Positions 1 to 10,325 of a stretch of DNA of 35,411 bases are shown piece by piece. The stretch is from a virus (taxonomy: Duplodnaviria > Heunggongvirae > Uroviricota > Caudoviricetes). The notes beneath the pieces were generated by a model, which saw nothing but the letters and a program-made list of their open reading frames with translations, searched no databases and had not been told where the DNA came from. A program made the position numbers and the translations under genes. Position 1 is the stretch's first letter; each line of letters opens with the position of its first letter. The DNA lies in IMG/VR virus record IMGVR_UViG_2654587746_000006, positions 1 through 35,411 of that record. One strand, 5' to 3'.

Positions 1-258
1 ATGCAAACCGTTATTTTTGGTCGTCCGGGTTGCCCTTACTGTGTGCGTGCAAAAGATCTGGCTGAGAAATTGAGCAATGAACACGATGATTTTCAGTATC
101 ACTATGTAGATATTCGTGCGGAAGGGATCACTAAAGAAGATCTACAACAAAAGGCAGGTAAACCCGTAGAAACCGTGCCGCAGATTTTTGTCGATCAGCA
201 ACATATCGGCGGCTATACCGATTTTGCTGCATGGGTGAAAGAAAATCTGGACGCCTGA
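1..258 (+). CDS. grxA: Glutaredoxin 1
   Basis: 85-aa ORF with the CPYC redox motif (GRPGCPYCVRAK) and full-length glutaredoxin fold; sits next to ybjM/ybjL as in the E. coli chromosome. Confidence 0.95.
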   Translation: MQTVIFGRPGCPYCVRAKDLAEKLSNEHDDFQYHYVDIRAEGITKEDLQQKAGKPVETVPQIFVDQQHIGGYTDFAAWVKENLDA

Positions 259-267
259 TCGTCTGAC

Positions 268-300
268 AAGCCCTCGCGTTGAGGGCTTTACTGATTTTTT
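268..300 (+). terminator. Rho-independent terminator after grxA
   Basis: 8-bp stem aagccctc / gagggctt with 5-nt loop, followed by a T-run (ctgatttttt); overlaps the 3' end of convergent ybjM. Confidence 0.55.
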
Positions 301-665
301 CTGTGCTGTGGTTTAAACAAACTACTGATAAATAAGAAACACAGTGCCCCCAGCGCACACCAGAACACCGCACTTAATAACCATGCCAGCTCTTGCCAGA
401 ATGAGCGCGTCGGTGAAAAAAACAGCCGCATAATGAGCATCGAACAGGGTGCCGCCAGCATTGCGCCAAACAGAGGTTTCAGGACTTCTCTACGCTGTGA
501 AAAGAAGCTGGCGACTGCTCCAGGAAGAATGAAAAATAGCAAGCCGATTTCAGGATGCCCGGCAGCCCGAAAAGCGCCTTTCATGTGCGTCGCCAGAAAA
601 AGGCACACCACAATGAAGAGGACAAAACAGCAGATTGCCCCCGCCCAACGTTGTTTATGTTTCAC
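288..665 (-). CDS. ybjM: Inner membrane protein YbjM
   Basis: 125-aa strongly hydrophobic ORF convergent with grxA, in the conserved position between grxA and ybjL. Confidence 0.85.
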   Translation of the reverse strand: MKHKQRWAGAICCFVLFIVVCLFLATHMKGAFRAAGHPEIGLLFFILPGAVASFFSQRREVLKPLFGAMLAAPCSMLIMRLFFSPTRSFWQELAWLLSAVFWCALGALCFLFISSLFKPQHRKNQ

Positions 666-934
666 TCGTTCCTCCTGACACTGCGTCTATCGAACACATT
701 TTTCGCCAGTGTGGCGTTCAGTAAGATAAAGCCGCTTCGCATTCCATGCTAATATAGGCCAACGCAATTCATATAACCGTTGATACCTAATGTGATTACA
801 CTAGTAAAATATATTGTTACTTTACTATCGTTTAGGTGCGCTGAATGAATCTGCGCCCTGAATTCTGGTAAAAAACATTATCGTAAATTACCATTTCTTT
901 CAACAGCTTACTAGTAAACAAGAAGTTAGCCTCC

Positions 935-2620
935 GTGAATATAAACGTCGCCGAATTGTTAAATGGGAATTACATTCTGTTATTATTTGTGGTCCTCGCG
1001 CTTGGGCTATGTCTCGGAAAGTTACGACTTGGTTCGATCCAACTGGGTAATTCCATTGGCGTTTTAGTCGTATCGCTGTTATTAGGCCAACAACATTTCA
1101 GCATTAACACCGATGCGCTTAATCTTGGCTTTATGCTGTTTATTTTCTGCGTCGGGGTCGAAGCCGGACCGAACTTTTTTTCCATTTTTTTTCGCGATGG
1201 GAAAAATTACCTAATGTTAGCACTGGTGATGGTTGGCAGTGCGCTGGTGATCGCCTTAGGGTTAGGTAAGCTGTTTGGCTGGGATATTGGCCTGACGGCC
1301 GGTATGTTAGCAGGCTCTATGACGTCGACACCGGTTCTGGTCGGTGCTGGCGATACACTGCGTCATTCCGGCATGGAAAGCAGGCAGCTCTCACTGGCAC
1401 TGGATAATCTGAGCCTCGGGTATGCCTTAACCTATTTAATCGGTCTGGTGAGTTTGATTGTTGGTGCGCGTTACTTGCCGAAATTGCAGCATCAGGACTT
1501 ACAGACCAGCGCCCAGCAAATCGCCCGCGAACGTGGCCTGGACACTGATGCCAACCGTAAGGTTTATTTACCGGTGATCCGCGCCTATCGCGTCGGCCCG
1601 GAACTGGTGGCCTGGACCGACGGCAAAAATCTGCGTGAACTGGGTATTTATCGACAAACCGGCTGCTACATTGAACGTATTCGACGTAACGGGATTCTGG
1701 CAAATCCAGACGGTGATGCCGTGCTACAAATGGGCGATGAAATAGCGTTGGTAGGCTATCCCGACGCCCATGCCCGACTCGATCCCAGCTTCCGTAACGG
1801 TAAAGAAGTTTTCGATCGTGACCTTCTCGACATGCGTATCGTCACTGAAGAAGTGGTCGTTAAAAACCATAACGCTGTAGGTAAACGTCTCGCACAACTG
1901 AAGTTGACCGATCACGGTTGCTTCCTTAACCGCGTCATTCGTAGCCAGATTGAGATGCCGATAGATGACAACGTCGTGCTTAACAAAGGTGACGTTTTAC
2001 AAGTCAGCGGCGATGCCCGCCGCGTAAAAACCATCGCCGATCGCATCGGCTTTATCTCGATTCACAGCCAGGTCACTGACCTGCTGGCATTCTGCGCCTT
2101 CTTTGTTATTGGGCTGATGATCGGGATGATCACCTTCCAGTTCAGCACATTCAGTTTCGGCATGGGGAACGCTGCCGGGTTGTTATTCGCCGGAATTATG
2201 CTGGGCTTTATGCGTGCTAACCACCCGACCTTCGGTTACATTCCGCAGGGTGCATTAAGCATGGTGAAAGAGTTCGGCTTGATGGTGTTTATGGCAGGCG
2301 TTGGTCTGAGCGCCGGTAGCGGTATTAATAACGGCCTGGGCGCGATTGGCGGTCAGATGTTGATTGCCGGATTGATTGTCAGTCTGGTGCCCGTGGTTAT
2401 CTGTTTCTTGTTCGGTGCTTATGTATTGCGAATGAACCGCGCACTGTTGTTCGGCGCAATGATGGGCGCACGTACCTGCGCGCCGGCAATGGAGATCATC
2501 AGTGATACAGCTCGCAGTAACATCCCGGCGCTGGGCTATGCGGGCACCTATGCAATCGCCAACGTCCTGCTGACGCTGGCAGGGACAATCATCGTCATGG
2601 TATGGCCAGGATTAGGATAA
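935..2620 (+). CDS. ybjL: Putative transporter YbjL (AAE-family membrane domains with central TrkA-C/RCK_C-type region)
   Basis: 561-aa ORF with GTG start; hydrophobic N- and C-terminal halves flanking a soluble central region; recognised as E. coli YbjL. Confidence 0.93.
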
Positions 2621-2732
2621 AACTGAAGTTGCCCTGAAAATGAAATTTTTTTGCACAACCGCAGAACTTTTCCGCAGGGCATCAGTCTTAATTAGTGCCA
2701 CTGCTTTTCTTTGATGTCCCCATTTTGTGGAG

Positions 2733-2776
2733 CCCATCAACCCCGCCATTTCGGTTCAAGGTTGATGGGTTTTTTG
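2733..2776 (+). terminator. Rho-independent terminator downstream of ybjL
   Basis: Perfect 10-bp stem cccatcaacc / ggttgatggg around a 17-nt loop, followed by tttttt. Confidence 0.5.
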
Positions 2777-2855
2777 TTGCCTGAAATTTATGCCTTTTAA
2801 AATCATGATGTTAGAAGCACTGTTTTTTAATGATGGCGACAAATTGGCGGCAGCG

Positions 2856-3074
2856 TCAAAGAGAGAGCGCCACCTGTCCTGATTTCATTGGATGCGGCTG
2901 AACCGGATTTGACTCTTTTGGCGTTGCAATCGAACGAACAAAAGTTTCATGGGTAACAAAAGTATGGCTGCAGTTAATGTTCTGGCACTGGTTGTAACGC
3001 TCTTTGGTCAATGAAGATACCTGAAAACTGCTGCGAGTATGGGCGGCACTTCCACACAGTGGGCAAATCATCAT
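2856..3074 (-). CDS. ogr: Late-gene transcriptional activator, Ogr/186-B family zinc finger
   Basis: ~72-aa product from internal Met (MMICPLCGSAAHTRSS...CQNINCSHTF) with the C-x2-C...C-x4-C zinc-binding pattern of P2 Ogr; located after D as in P2. Confidence 0.85.
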   Translation of the reverse strand: MMICPLCGSAAHTRSSFQVSSLTKERYNQCQNINCSHTFVTHETFVRSIATPKESNPVQPHPMKSGQVALSL

Positions 3075-3164
3075 TTTTCGAGCTCTCCCCATTTTTGCTA
3101 AATTCACAATAATGATACCTCATTATTCCATTTTGAAAACTTAAAAGTTCTCCATTGCGAAGAA

Positions 3165-4265
3165 TCATTCCATTTCGAAATCATCAATCTTCACTTCAAG
3201 CTCCAGACTGGTCGTAAAACCATTATCCGGGCTGACAGTATGCGTCAGGGTGGTAATAGTCCATTCCGCATCATCTATCGGCTGTTTAAAGCCACTGACT
3301 TTCACTGGCATTTCCGTGTAGAGATCTGCCCGCCCTTCCGCCAGTTGTAGCGAGAATGACGCAACACCGCGTTGCAGGCGTTCCCACTGCATTTTCGCTG
3401 CCCGTTCGGCGTTGCTCCGGTTGGCATAAGTGCGATTAAGTACCAGCACGTTTTCATCCGTACCCACCAGGTAATCGCCCTGCTTCGCTTCCGGCTCTTT
3501 CTTCTGCTTTGCGGTCCTGCGCTTACGCTTCACCGTGGTGCTTTCTTTCTTCTCGGGTTCGCGGGTATGCAACCAGCTGGCAATTACGCCCGTATAGGCT
3601 CCGCGATCTGCCAGGGTAAAGCGGTGACTGTCGCCGTCCTTACGTGTGATAGTGATCACCGGCAGAGGTTTACCGCTGGCGCTTTTGCCCTGACCCTGCC
3701 GGATGAATAACAGATTGCCATTTTTCACCGACGCAATAGCACCGTACTGGCGCGCCAGCCGCATCAGAAAACTGCCGTCACTCTCATTAGTCTGGTCTAT
3801 ATGATCCACGGGTTTATCAGACAGGTCTTTACCGAGTGCCATCTTCAGCTTGTGACGCGCGGCTATTTCCTTCACCACTTCCCCGACAGTGGTCTTGTGC
3901 CACGATTTTTCACGGCGGGTATTCAGCGTTTCCCTAAAATCAGCACTTCGCGCCCGGATAGTCAGGCGATCCGGTGCGCCAGTGTGTTCAATCTCGTCCA
4001 CCGTGAATGCCCCTTTCGGGAAAAGCGGCTGCCCTTTCCAGCCCAGCGCCAGCGTAATAACCGCACCACGACGCGGCAGCACGATTTTTCCGTCGGCGTC
4101 GTCCAGTTCCAGATCAAGCTGGTCTGCTTCAAAGCCCCGGTTATCCGTCAGCGTCAGCCCCATCAGGCGGTTGTCCAGCACAGTGGTGATATCCCTGCCT
4201 TCAATACTGATGCTGAATGCCGGAGTTTTGTTGCCTTTGTTAAGCAGTTCAGAGCTGAAATTCAC
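3165..4265 (-). CDS. Tail protein, P2 gpD-like
   Basis: 366-aa ORF in the D position (after U, before ogr); recognised as gpD family; start overlaps U stop. Confidence 0.88.
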   Translation of the reverse strand: MNFSSELLNKGNKTPAFSISIEGRDITTVLDNRLMGLTLTDNRGFEADQLDLELDDADGKIVLPRRGAVITLALGWKGQPLFPKGAFTVDEIEHTGAPDRLTIRARSADFRETLNTRREKSWHKTTVGEVVKEIAARHKLKMALGKDLSDKPVDHIDQTNESDGSFLMRLARQYGAIASVKNGNLLFIRQGQGKSASGKPLPVITITRKDGDSHRFTLADRGAYTGVIASWLHTREPEKKESTTVKRKRRTAKQKKEPEAKQGDYLVGTDENVLVLNRTYANRSNAERAAKMQWERLQRGVASFSLQLAEGRADLYTEMPVKVSGFKQPIDDAEWTITTLTHTVSPDNGFTTSLELEVKIDDFEME

Positions 4266-4747
4266 GACAGCAGCCCTCCCACCGTTTTACTGATATCGCT
4301 TAATGCAGACGTTGCCGTATCCTGCAGATTATTCAGCTGCGCACTGAGATCACCGAACATATCGGACAGGGATTCATCCACCCGTTTGAGCGACAGGGTG
4401 AACTCAATCCGGCGCGGCATACCATCGCGGAAAAACTCCGTTTTAGTCTGATTCAGTCCCTCAATCACATACATGCCATAAATCGTGCCGCTGCCTTCAA
4501 TCAGGGGCCATGCTTTCCCCTGTTCTGCCATCTGCTCCAGTGCCAGCAACGACAGCCTGCCGCCTGTTATCTCCGGCATAAGAACACCAGAAAGCGTCAG
4601 CATGTCGTTGTCCGGTCCCAGAAACTGCGTTGACGGGCGTCGGTTAACCCGGCTGTTAGCCGCATGTCGCCAGCTGCGCTGATACTGCAGCTCCTGATAC
4701 GGCACGGTGCGCAGCATAAACACGTACAATCCCAGCACCATCATCAT
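4262..4747 (-). CDS. Tail protein, P2 gpU-like
   Basis: 161-aa ORF between tape measure and D; stop overlaps D start. Confidence 0.88.
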   Translation of the reverse strand: MMMVLGLYVFMLRTVPYQELQYQRSWRHAANSRVNRRPSTQFLGPDNDMLTLSGVLMPEITGGRLSLLALEQMAEQGKAWPLIEGSGTIYGMYVIEGLNQTKTEFFRDGMPRRIEFTLSLKRVDESLSDMFGDLSAQLNNLQDTATSALSDISKTVGGLLS

Positions 4748-7700
4748 GCGTCGTATCCCCCCTGATCGCTATAGTTACTCCTGGCTTTTGCCTTCAGCCT
4801 GCGTTCACGTTCATCAAGCTGGCGGGCCACCTCCCGCGCAATATCCTGCGCACTTTGTCCTGGCTGCGTCTGAATGATGATCTGCGTCGGTGCTTCAATC
4901 CGGTAAATGGGCGGCACAGTAGCTGCACGACTCACCATCGCTTCACCGCCTTTCGCGGGAAGCGCCAAAGGATGCAACGGTGGAAGCTCTGCTGGCGCGG
5001 CAGCAACACCCATCATTCCGGCGACAACGGCAGCCAGTGCAGCTGTATTTCTCCGGCTGGTCACGTTTGCCGGGCCGTTAACAATTTCCGGCCCGTTTTC
5101 ACCGACGATGCCAAACTGCCCGCGCGGGATATAGCCGCCGCTGTCATACATCCCCGCAAAGCCATATCCCCATGACGGAAAACCACCCGATGGCATCATC
5201 ACTTTACCGTCTGCATTCACCGTCGCAGGTTGCTGACGCGTCACGCTTTCCGGTAGTTTTGCCTTTGCGGCCTCTTTACTGACAATGCCGAGTTTCTCCA
5301 GCAACCAGGAAACACCGGATTTCAGGGAGTCCAGCGGATGCATGACCATATTCAGCCCTTCCGCCAGAGCCTCCCCGAATCGTCGCCCCATTGCCGCTGC
5401 ACTCTGCAGTTCGGCAGAGGTCGACTTAACGGGCGTCAGCAGGTCAGTAAACCAGCCCCACAGCGCCTGCACTTTGTCGCCAATCCACTGGAACACAGGC
5501 TTAAGTGGTTCGAATGCGGCACTGACGGGACCTGCCGCCGCTTTGAATCCTTCCACCACGCCACCAAGAAATGCGGTGATGGGTTGCCAGTATTTCCAGA
5601 TAACCAGCGCCACGCCCGCCAGTGCAGTAACCACAAGACCTATCGGGCTAAGCAGAGCACCTAACAGACCAGATACGGCATACAGGGCAACGCGCAGCAT
5701 CGCCAGCGGGCCGGATGCGAGCACACGCAGCACCGCGCCTGCGGCAGTCAGTCCACCGCGTAGTGCCGCCAGTGGATTCATAAACATCAAGGCAACAGCA
5801 CGTAAACCGGATAAACCGGACCGCAACAGTGCAACAGGCGCAGCTGCCACAGTTTTCAGGGCATTCCCCGTCAGTGATGCCGTGCGGCGCAAAGACAACA
5901 GCGGCGCAGTAAGCAAACCCGCACTGCTCCCCGATGAAGCAAACCCGCGTCGAAGCACTGCCAGTGGCGCGCCTGCCAACCCGGACAACGCGCTGCTGGT
6001 TCGTGTTACTGCATCCGTAACGGAAGGTAACGTTTTGATACCCAGCACAGAGAATCCCAGACGGATCACTGCCAGCGGCCCTAGCACTGCAGCCAACACC
6101 ACCGCTAAGGTGCCGAGGCCCACTGTCACCGCAGCCACAACCGCTGCTACTTTCATCAGTGTGCCCGTCAGTTCCGGGTTAGCTTCCACCCAGCGGCGCA
6201 ACGCCCCCGTGACGCTTTTCACCGTGTACAGAATATCCATCAGCGGCTGGCGCAGCGTTTCGCCCAGGCTGCTGAAGGTGTTCTGCGCTCCGGTTTTGAC
6301 CAGCAACCACTGCGCAGAAAGTGAATCCTTGTTAATGTCGGATTCTTTCTGCATGGAGCCGAGCGCATCATTGCCCGCTGTCAGTTTTAGCTGGCGCTGC
6401 AGTTCCGGCAGGTTGTTTGCCAGTTTCGCCGCGTCATCGCCAAACTCTTTACCAAACAACATGGTCATGGCAGACAGGCGCTTATCCTGCGGAAGCGCAT
6501 TCACCTTCTCCAGTACGCGCTGGATGGTTCCCATCGCATCCTTCGTCATCTGCTTTTCAATCACTTCAGGATTGAGTTTCAGCAGATTCATTCCTTCAAA
6601 GAAACTCTTGCTTTGCATGGTGGCAATGGACAATTCACGCACCATCGCGTTTGCTGCACTGGCTGCAACCTCCGGCGCAGCGCCCAGTGTCAGGAAGGTG
6701 GAACCCAGCGCCGCCGCTTTACGATAATCCAGACGATCAGCCACACCGCCCAGGCGTTGCATGACATCAATGATGTCTGCCCCTTTCGACATGGCGTTAT
6801 CATCCAGATAGTTCAGCGCATCACCGAGCTGTTCAATATTGCGGGTAGGGATTTTGTAGAGCTGGGCGATTTTACCCAGACTTTCTGACAGTTCATCCGC
6901 TGGCAGCTCAAAGGCTGTTGCCGCCTTTGCTGCCGTGCTGGCGAAGGCCAGCAGGTCACGTTTCTGGTCTTCCCAGCTGTCGTCAGGGTTTGCGACGTTC
7001 ATGCGCGCACCACCTTCAACCAGTGCGGCGAAGTCCACCGCACCGTTTTTCATCGGCAACTGTTCGCTGGCAGCCTTGATGGCATCCTGCATTTCGTAAA
7101 AACGCGCAGTGCGGTTGCCATTATCGTCACGCAGACCACTGACCTGCTTTGCCACACCTTTCATGGCATCTTCCATGCTGGTATAGCTTTTTACCGCCGC
7201 CATCACTGGTGCGCCCATTGCCAGCCCTGCCGCCGTGGTGGTGGCTCCGGCACCTGCAATACGATCCCTTACCTCAAGACGCCTGGCGTAAGCCCCCCGG
7301 GCGGCGTGCATTTTTCGCTGTTGCTCCCCGACACGTCGTAACCTCGCTTCCTGCTCAGAAAGCTGCCTGTTATAACGCATCGTTTCACGGGTAATGCGGG
7401 CCGTCGCACTGGCGCCATCATTAGCTGAAATACCAGCACGATAAAGTTCTGCACGCACAAGCGCCGTCTGCTGCTGCAGCTTTTTCTGGCGTTCTTCCAG
7501 GCGCTGAACAGCCAGCCGTTGACGGCCCAGAGCGACAACCTGACGTTGCGAAGGCGGCCCCATCGCTCCCAGTTCCTGACTGAGCAAATTTGCACGCTGG
7601 CGGGCATAGTTCAGCCTGTCGCCTAATTTCTGATTTTCTGCCTGCAGCTTTCGGAAGCTGTCCAGACTGCTCCCGGCCTGATCAAGCTGCTTTATTGCAT

Positions 7701-7821
7701 CGCGGGATTTTTTGACAGCAGCAGCCAGTTCTCTTGAACTGGCCTGCGCAGATCGAAATGGGCGGGTGAGCTTGTCAACCGCATTAAGAATGACCTGCAG
7801 ACGCAGGTTATTGTCACTCAT
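4744..7821 (-). CDS. Tail tape measure protein, P2 gpT-like
   Basis: Over 1000 aa, Ala/Gly/Leu-rich with coiled-coil N-terminal part and hydrophobic central segments; follows E/E'. ATG at 7821 preferred over the GTG at 7833 used by the ORF track. Confidence 0.9.
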   Translation of the reverse strand: MSDNNLRLQVILNAVDKLTRPFRSAQASSRELAAAVKKSRDAIKQLDQAGSSLDSFRKLQAENQKLGDRLNYARQRANLLSQELGAMGPPSQRQVVALGRQRLAVQRLEERQKKLQQQTALVRAELYRAGISANDGASATARITRETMRYNRQLSEQEARLRRVGEQQRKMHAARGAYARRLEVRDRIAGAGATTTAAGLAMGAPVMAAVKSYTSMEDAMKGVAKQVSGLRDDNGNRTARFYEMQDAIKAASEQLPMKNGAVDFAALVEGGARMNVANPDDSWEDQKRDLLAFASTAAKAATAFELPADELSESLGKIAQLYKIPTRNIEQLGDALNYLDDNAMSKGADIIDVMQRLGGVADRLDYRKAAALGSTFLTLGAAPEVAASAANAMVRELSIATMQSKSFFEGMNLLKLNPEVIEKQMTKDAMGTIQRVLEKVNALPQDKRLSAMTMLFGKEFGDDAAKLANNLPELQRQLKLTAGNDALGSMQKESDINKDSLSAQWLLVKTGAQNTFSSLGETLRQPLMDILYTVKSVTGALRRWVEANPELTGTLMKVAAVVAAVTVGLGTLAVVLAAVLGPLAVIRLGFSVLGIKTLPSVTDAVTRTSSALSGLAGAPLAVLRRGFASSGSSAGLLTAPLLSLRRTASLTGNALKTVAAAPVALLRSGLSGLRAVALMFMNPLAALRGGLTAAGAVLRVLASGPLAMLRVALYAVSGLLGALLSPIGLVVTALAGVALVIWKYWQPITAFLGGVVEGFKAAAGPVSAAFEPLKPVFQWIGDKVQALWGWFTDLLTPVKSTSAELQSAAAMGRRFGEALAEGLNMVMHPLDSLKSGVSWLLEKLGIVSKEAAKAKLPESVTRQQPATVNADGKVMMPSGGFPSWGYGFAGMYDSGGYIPRGQFGIVGENGPEIVNGPANVTSRRNTAALAAVVAGMMGVAAAPAELPPLHPLALPAKGGEAMVSRAATVPPIYRIEAPTQIIIQTQPGQSAQDIAREVARQLDERERRLKAKARSNYSDQGGYDA

Positions 7822-8250
7822 GGCTGGCCCCACTTCTCTGAATCGCTTTATACCGCCATTCCAGCACTTCGGTCAGCGGCATAACGTCAGTAACGGATGG
7901 CGGCCAGTGAAAGATGGTGGCGATATCAGCCACCAGATCGTCAACCGTCAGGCTGTCGGTAAACCGGCAAGCACCGACCTCTTCAACAAAAAAGTGACAA
8001 CCTCAACCGACATGGCAGTGAGATCTGCCGGGTCCATCTCTGCAATTTCCTGTGCAGTCAGTGCCGGACTGGAGATGCGGGGGATCACGGTCATCATCGC
8101 GTTCACATCCATATCCATAATGGCCTGCAGGCGTGTGCCGCGCAGCGCACCAGACTGCGGTTTACGCAGCACAATTTCGGTGACTTCTGTTTTACCGCGC
8201 ATGATGGGGGTATCCAGTTGAATGGTCTTTTCAGTCTGCTTATCGCTCAT
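7814..8250 (-). CDS. Tail assembly chaperone E+E' fusion made by programmed -1 frameshift
   Basis: Slippery T TTT TTG (minus strand, ~7993-7987) inside E; my hand translation of the -1 frame stays open for ~51 codons and stops 3 nt past the tape-measure ATG; combined length ~140 aa, close to P2 E+E'. Confidence 0.6.
7948..8250 (-). CDS. Tail assembly chaperone, P2 gpE-like (zero-frame product)
   Basis: 100-aa ORF between tail tube and tape measure; contains the slippery heptamer at its 3' end. Confidence 0.8.
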   Translation of the reverse strand: MSDKQTEKTIQLDTPIMRGKTEVTEIVLRKPQSGALRGTRLQAIMDMDVNAMMTVIPRISSPALTAQEIAEMDPADLTAMSVEVVTFLLKRSVLAGLPTA

Positions 8251-8304
8251 TTTGTTGTCCTGTAAATTGGGTTCTGGCGCGGAATCCCGCGCCGTTCAGA
8301 TACA

Positions 8305-8820
8305 TCAGAGGCCGAGGGCGTTGCGGTGCGCTTCCATCAGGTCCACACCGTTCACAATTTCCACCATGTTGATAAGGTCCACTTCATAAAGCACCTCACC
8401 ATTGATGGTCAGCTTCGCGTAGCTGTTGGTACTGGTCACTTTGGTGGTGTTGCTTTCGCCCGTCTTCCACTCGCCGGAATCCACTTCTTTGTGACGTCCA
8501 CGCACCACAAGCTCCACGGCCTGCACTTCCCCGGTATCGTCACGCTGGATAGAGCCGGTAAAGCGCAACTGGATGCCATCCACCGTGGCTTTGCCCATCT
8601 GCTTAAACAGCAGCAGCTCAGTACCGCCAATGGAAAATTCTGTGTCCAGCGCACTGTCATCAAGCCCCAGATCCACATCCACCGCCCCCGGCATACCGCC
8701 GCCGCGATACTTCTCATATTTGCGGGTGAATTTCGGCAGCGTCAGCGACTCAACGATCCCCTGCCAGTTGTTCCCGTCGTTAAACAAGTTCAGATGTTTT
8801 AATTTGCGTGGTAAAGCCAT
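8305..8820 (-). CDS. Tail tube protein, P2 gpFII-like
   Basis: 171-aa ORF directly downstream of sheath gene. Confidence 0.88.
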   Translation of the reverse strand: MALPRKLKHLNLFNDGNNWQGIVESLTLPKFTRKYEKYRGGGMPGAVDVDLGLDDSALDTEFSIGGTELLLFKQMGKATVDGIQLRFTGSIQRDDTGEVQAVELVVRGRHKEVDSGEWKTGESNTTKVTSTNSYAKLTINGEVLYEVDLINMVEIVNGVDLMEAHRNALGL

Positions 8821-8829
8821 GTTGTCCCC

Positions 8830-10002
8830 TTACGCGCTGACCTGGCTGGCGAAATTCACCAGGTACTGATCGGTGATGCGCTGGCGCAGCATCAGATTTT
8901 CAAGTGGCGGCACTGGCGTGTAGTCGTAGTCGATGGTGAGTTTTCCGGCTTTCAGCGTGTCTTTGTCATTCACCGACTCGTCCAGCCAGCAATCACCACC
9001 AATGAGATAGCCCTGACTGACCAGGCTGCGCATTTTGGCGCGGATACCTTCGATAATGTCGCGGGCCAGCGACGGGTTCAGCGGTTTGTCCACCGCCCAC
9101 ATATGCGCTTCTGCCATCGTGTCCATCAGTACCTGCGCCGTGCGGGTGTAGTTTTCGAAGGCAAAGAGCGGGTCATCACTCAGGCAGCGGGAACCCCAGA
9201 AGCGGAAACCGTCTTTGCGGATAAGCGTGGTGACGTCGTTCTGGTTAAGCAGTCCCGCATCGGTTGCCGGGTCCTGCAGATCCCAGAACACATCAGCAGA
9301 AATTCCGGTGACACCGTTCACGCCCACGTTGGACAGGCTTTTGTGCCATCCGGTCTGCTCGTCAATTTTGGCGCGCAGACCAAGCGCACGCGCGGTGGCA
9401 TAAGCCGTTGCTTCGGCATTCAGCACCGTGTCCCAGCTGATAAAATCCGGCCAGATCAGCATCCCTTCACGCTGGCTGAAGTTTTCGCGGTAGGTAAGCA
9501 CTTCTTCCACTGTTTTGCAGCCATACGCCGACAGGTAAGCAAACCCGCGCAGGCTTTGCGCCACACTCAGCAGCTCAGTCGCTACGGCTTTGTTATCGTG
9601 ACCCGGCACGCCGAGAATGCGCGGTTTAACGCCGAGCTGTGACTGGGCAGATAACAGGGCTTTCATGCCTGTTTTTTTACCTTCAGCAGTCACTGCGCCG
9701 ATGATATTGGTTGTGGTTTCTTCTTCCGTTTCACCCTGCGGCACACGCACAACAACGGTCACGGGTTTTGCCTGGTCAGCGATGGCATCCAGCGAACGGG
9801 CCAGCGTGCCGGACTCACCCGCTTTACCACTGGCAGTCAGCACATCAGTGATCAGCACGGGTTTATTAAGAGGAAACATTTTTGCATCGGCATCATCGCC
9901 CGTGCAGACCATGCCCACGATGGCGGTGCTCACCGTGGTAATGGATCGGGTGCCTTCGTTGACTTCAACAACGCGCACTCCGTGGTGGTAATCCTGAGCC
10001 AT
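8830..10002 (-). CDS. Contractile tail sheath protein, P2 gpFI-like
   Basis: 390-aa ORF, first gene of the FI-FII-E-T-U-D block. Confidence 0.9.
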   Translation of the reverse strand: MAQDYHHGVRVVEVNEGTRSITTVSTAIVGMVCTGDDADAKMFPLNKPVLITDVLTASGKAGESGTLARSLDAIADQAKPVTVVVRVPQGETEEETTTNIIGAVTAEGKKTGMKALLSAQSQLGVKPRILGVPGHDNKAVATELLSVAQSLRGFAYLSAYGCKTVEEVLTYRENFSQREGMLIWPDFISWDTVLNAEATAYATARALGLRAKIDEQTGWHKSLSNVGVNGVTGISADVFWDLQDPATDAGLLNQNDVTTLIRKDGFRFWGSRCLSDDPLFAFENYTRTAQVLMDTMAEAHMWAVDKPLNPSLARDIIEGIRAKMRSLVSQGYLIGGDCWLDESVNDKDTLKAGKLTIDYDYTPVPPLENLMLRQRITDQYLVNFASQVSA

Positions 10003-10077
10003 AAGGCAGTCTCTCCGGTTGTAGAGGGGGTCTGCCTATGTTCTGGTTGATACGCGCAGGGTGCACGCGATGGGGTT

Positions 10078-10095
10078 TGTATGGGAAATGGCACA
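10078..10095 (-). promoter_or_regulatory. Ogr/B-type late-promoter activator site (TGT-N12-ACA dyad) upstream of sheath gene
   Basis: Perfect tgt-atgggaaatggc-aca, centre ~84 bp upstream of the sheath ATG. Confidence 0.5.
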
Positions 10096-10325
10096 ACTGA
10101 GATTTATGAAAAGTGATGGTTAGCAGTGCATTTAACTTCGTTGAAAGGCTGGGTTAATATAATTGGAAAAAAAACATACATAAACGAGATTCAATGTCGC
10201 CTTAGTTGTATGACAAAGCACGGTTGCTTGCTATGGAGTTACATTCTGATATTCTAGAGTAATTCCGTGCACATTTATGATAATAACTGGTTATCTTTAA
10301 CATAAAAAAGAAGAGCATTACTTAT

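Noticed and set aside
131-752. ORFs 131-373 (-), 433-678 (+) and 555-752 (+) overlapping grxA and ybjM
   Set aside because: Out-of-frame or antisense to the recognised host genes; no independent support
5285-6727. 480-aa plus-strand ORF (and many other 60-220-aa plus-strand ORFs between 3.3 and 22 kb) overlapping the tape measure and other tail/head genes
   Set aside because: Antisense shadow ORFs inside GC-rich, well-supported minus-strand structural genes; low-complexity Ala/Ser/Pro/Arg-rich translations; no RBS or operon logic
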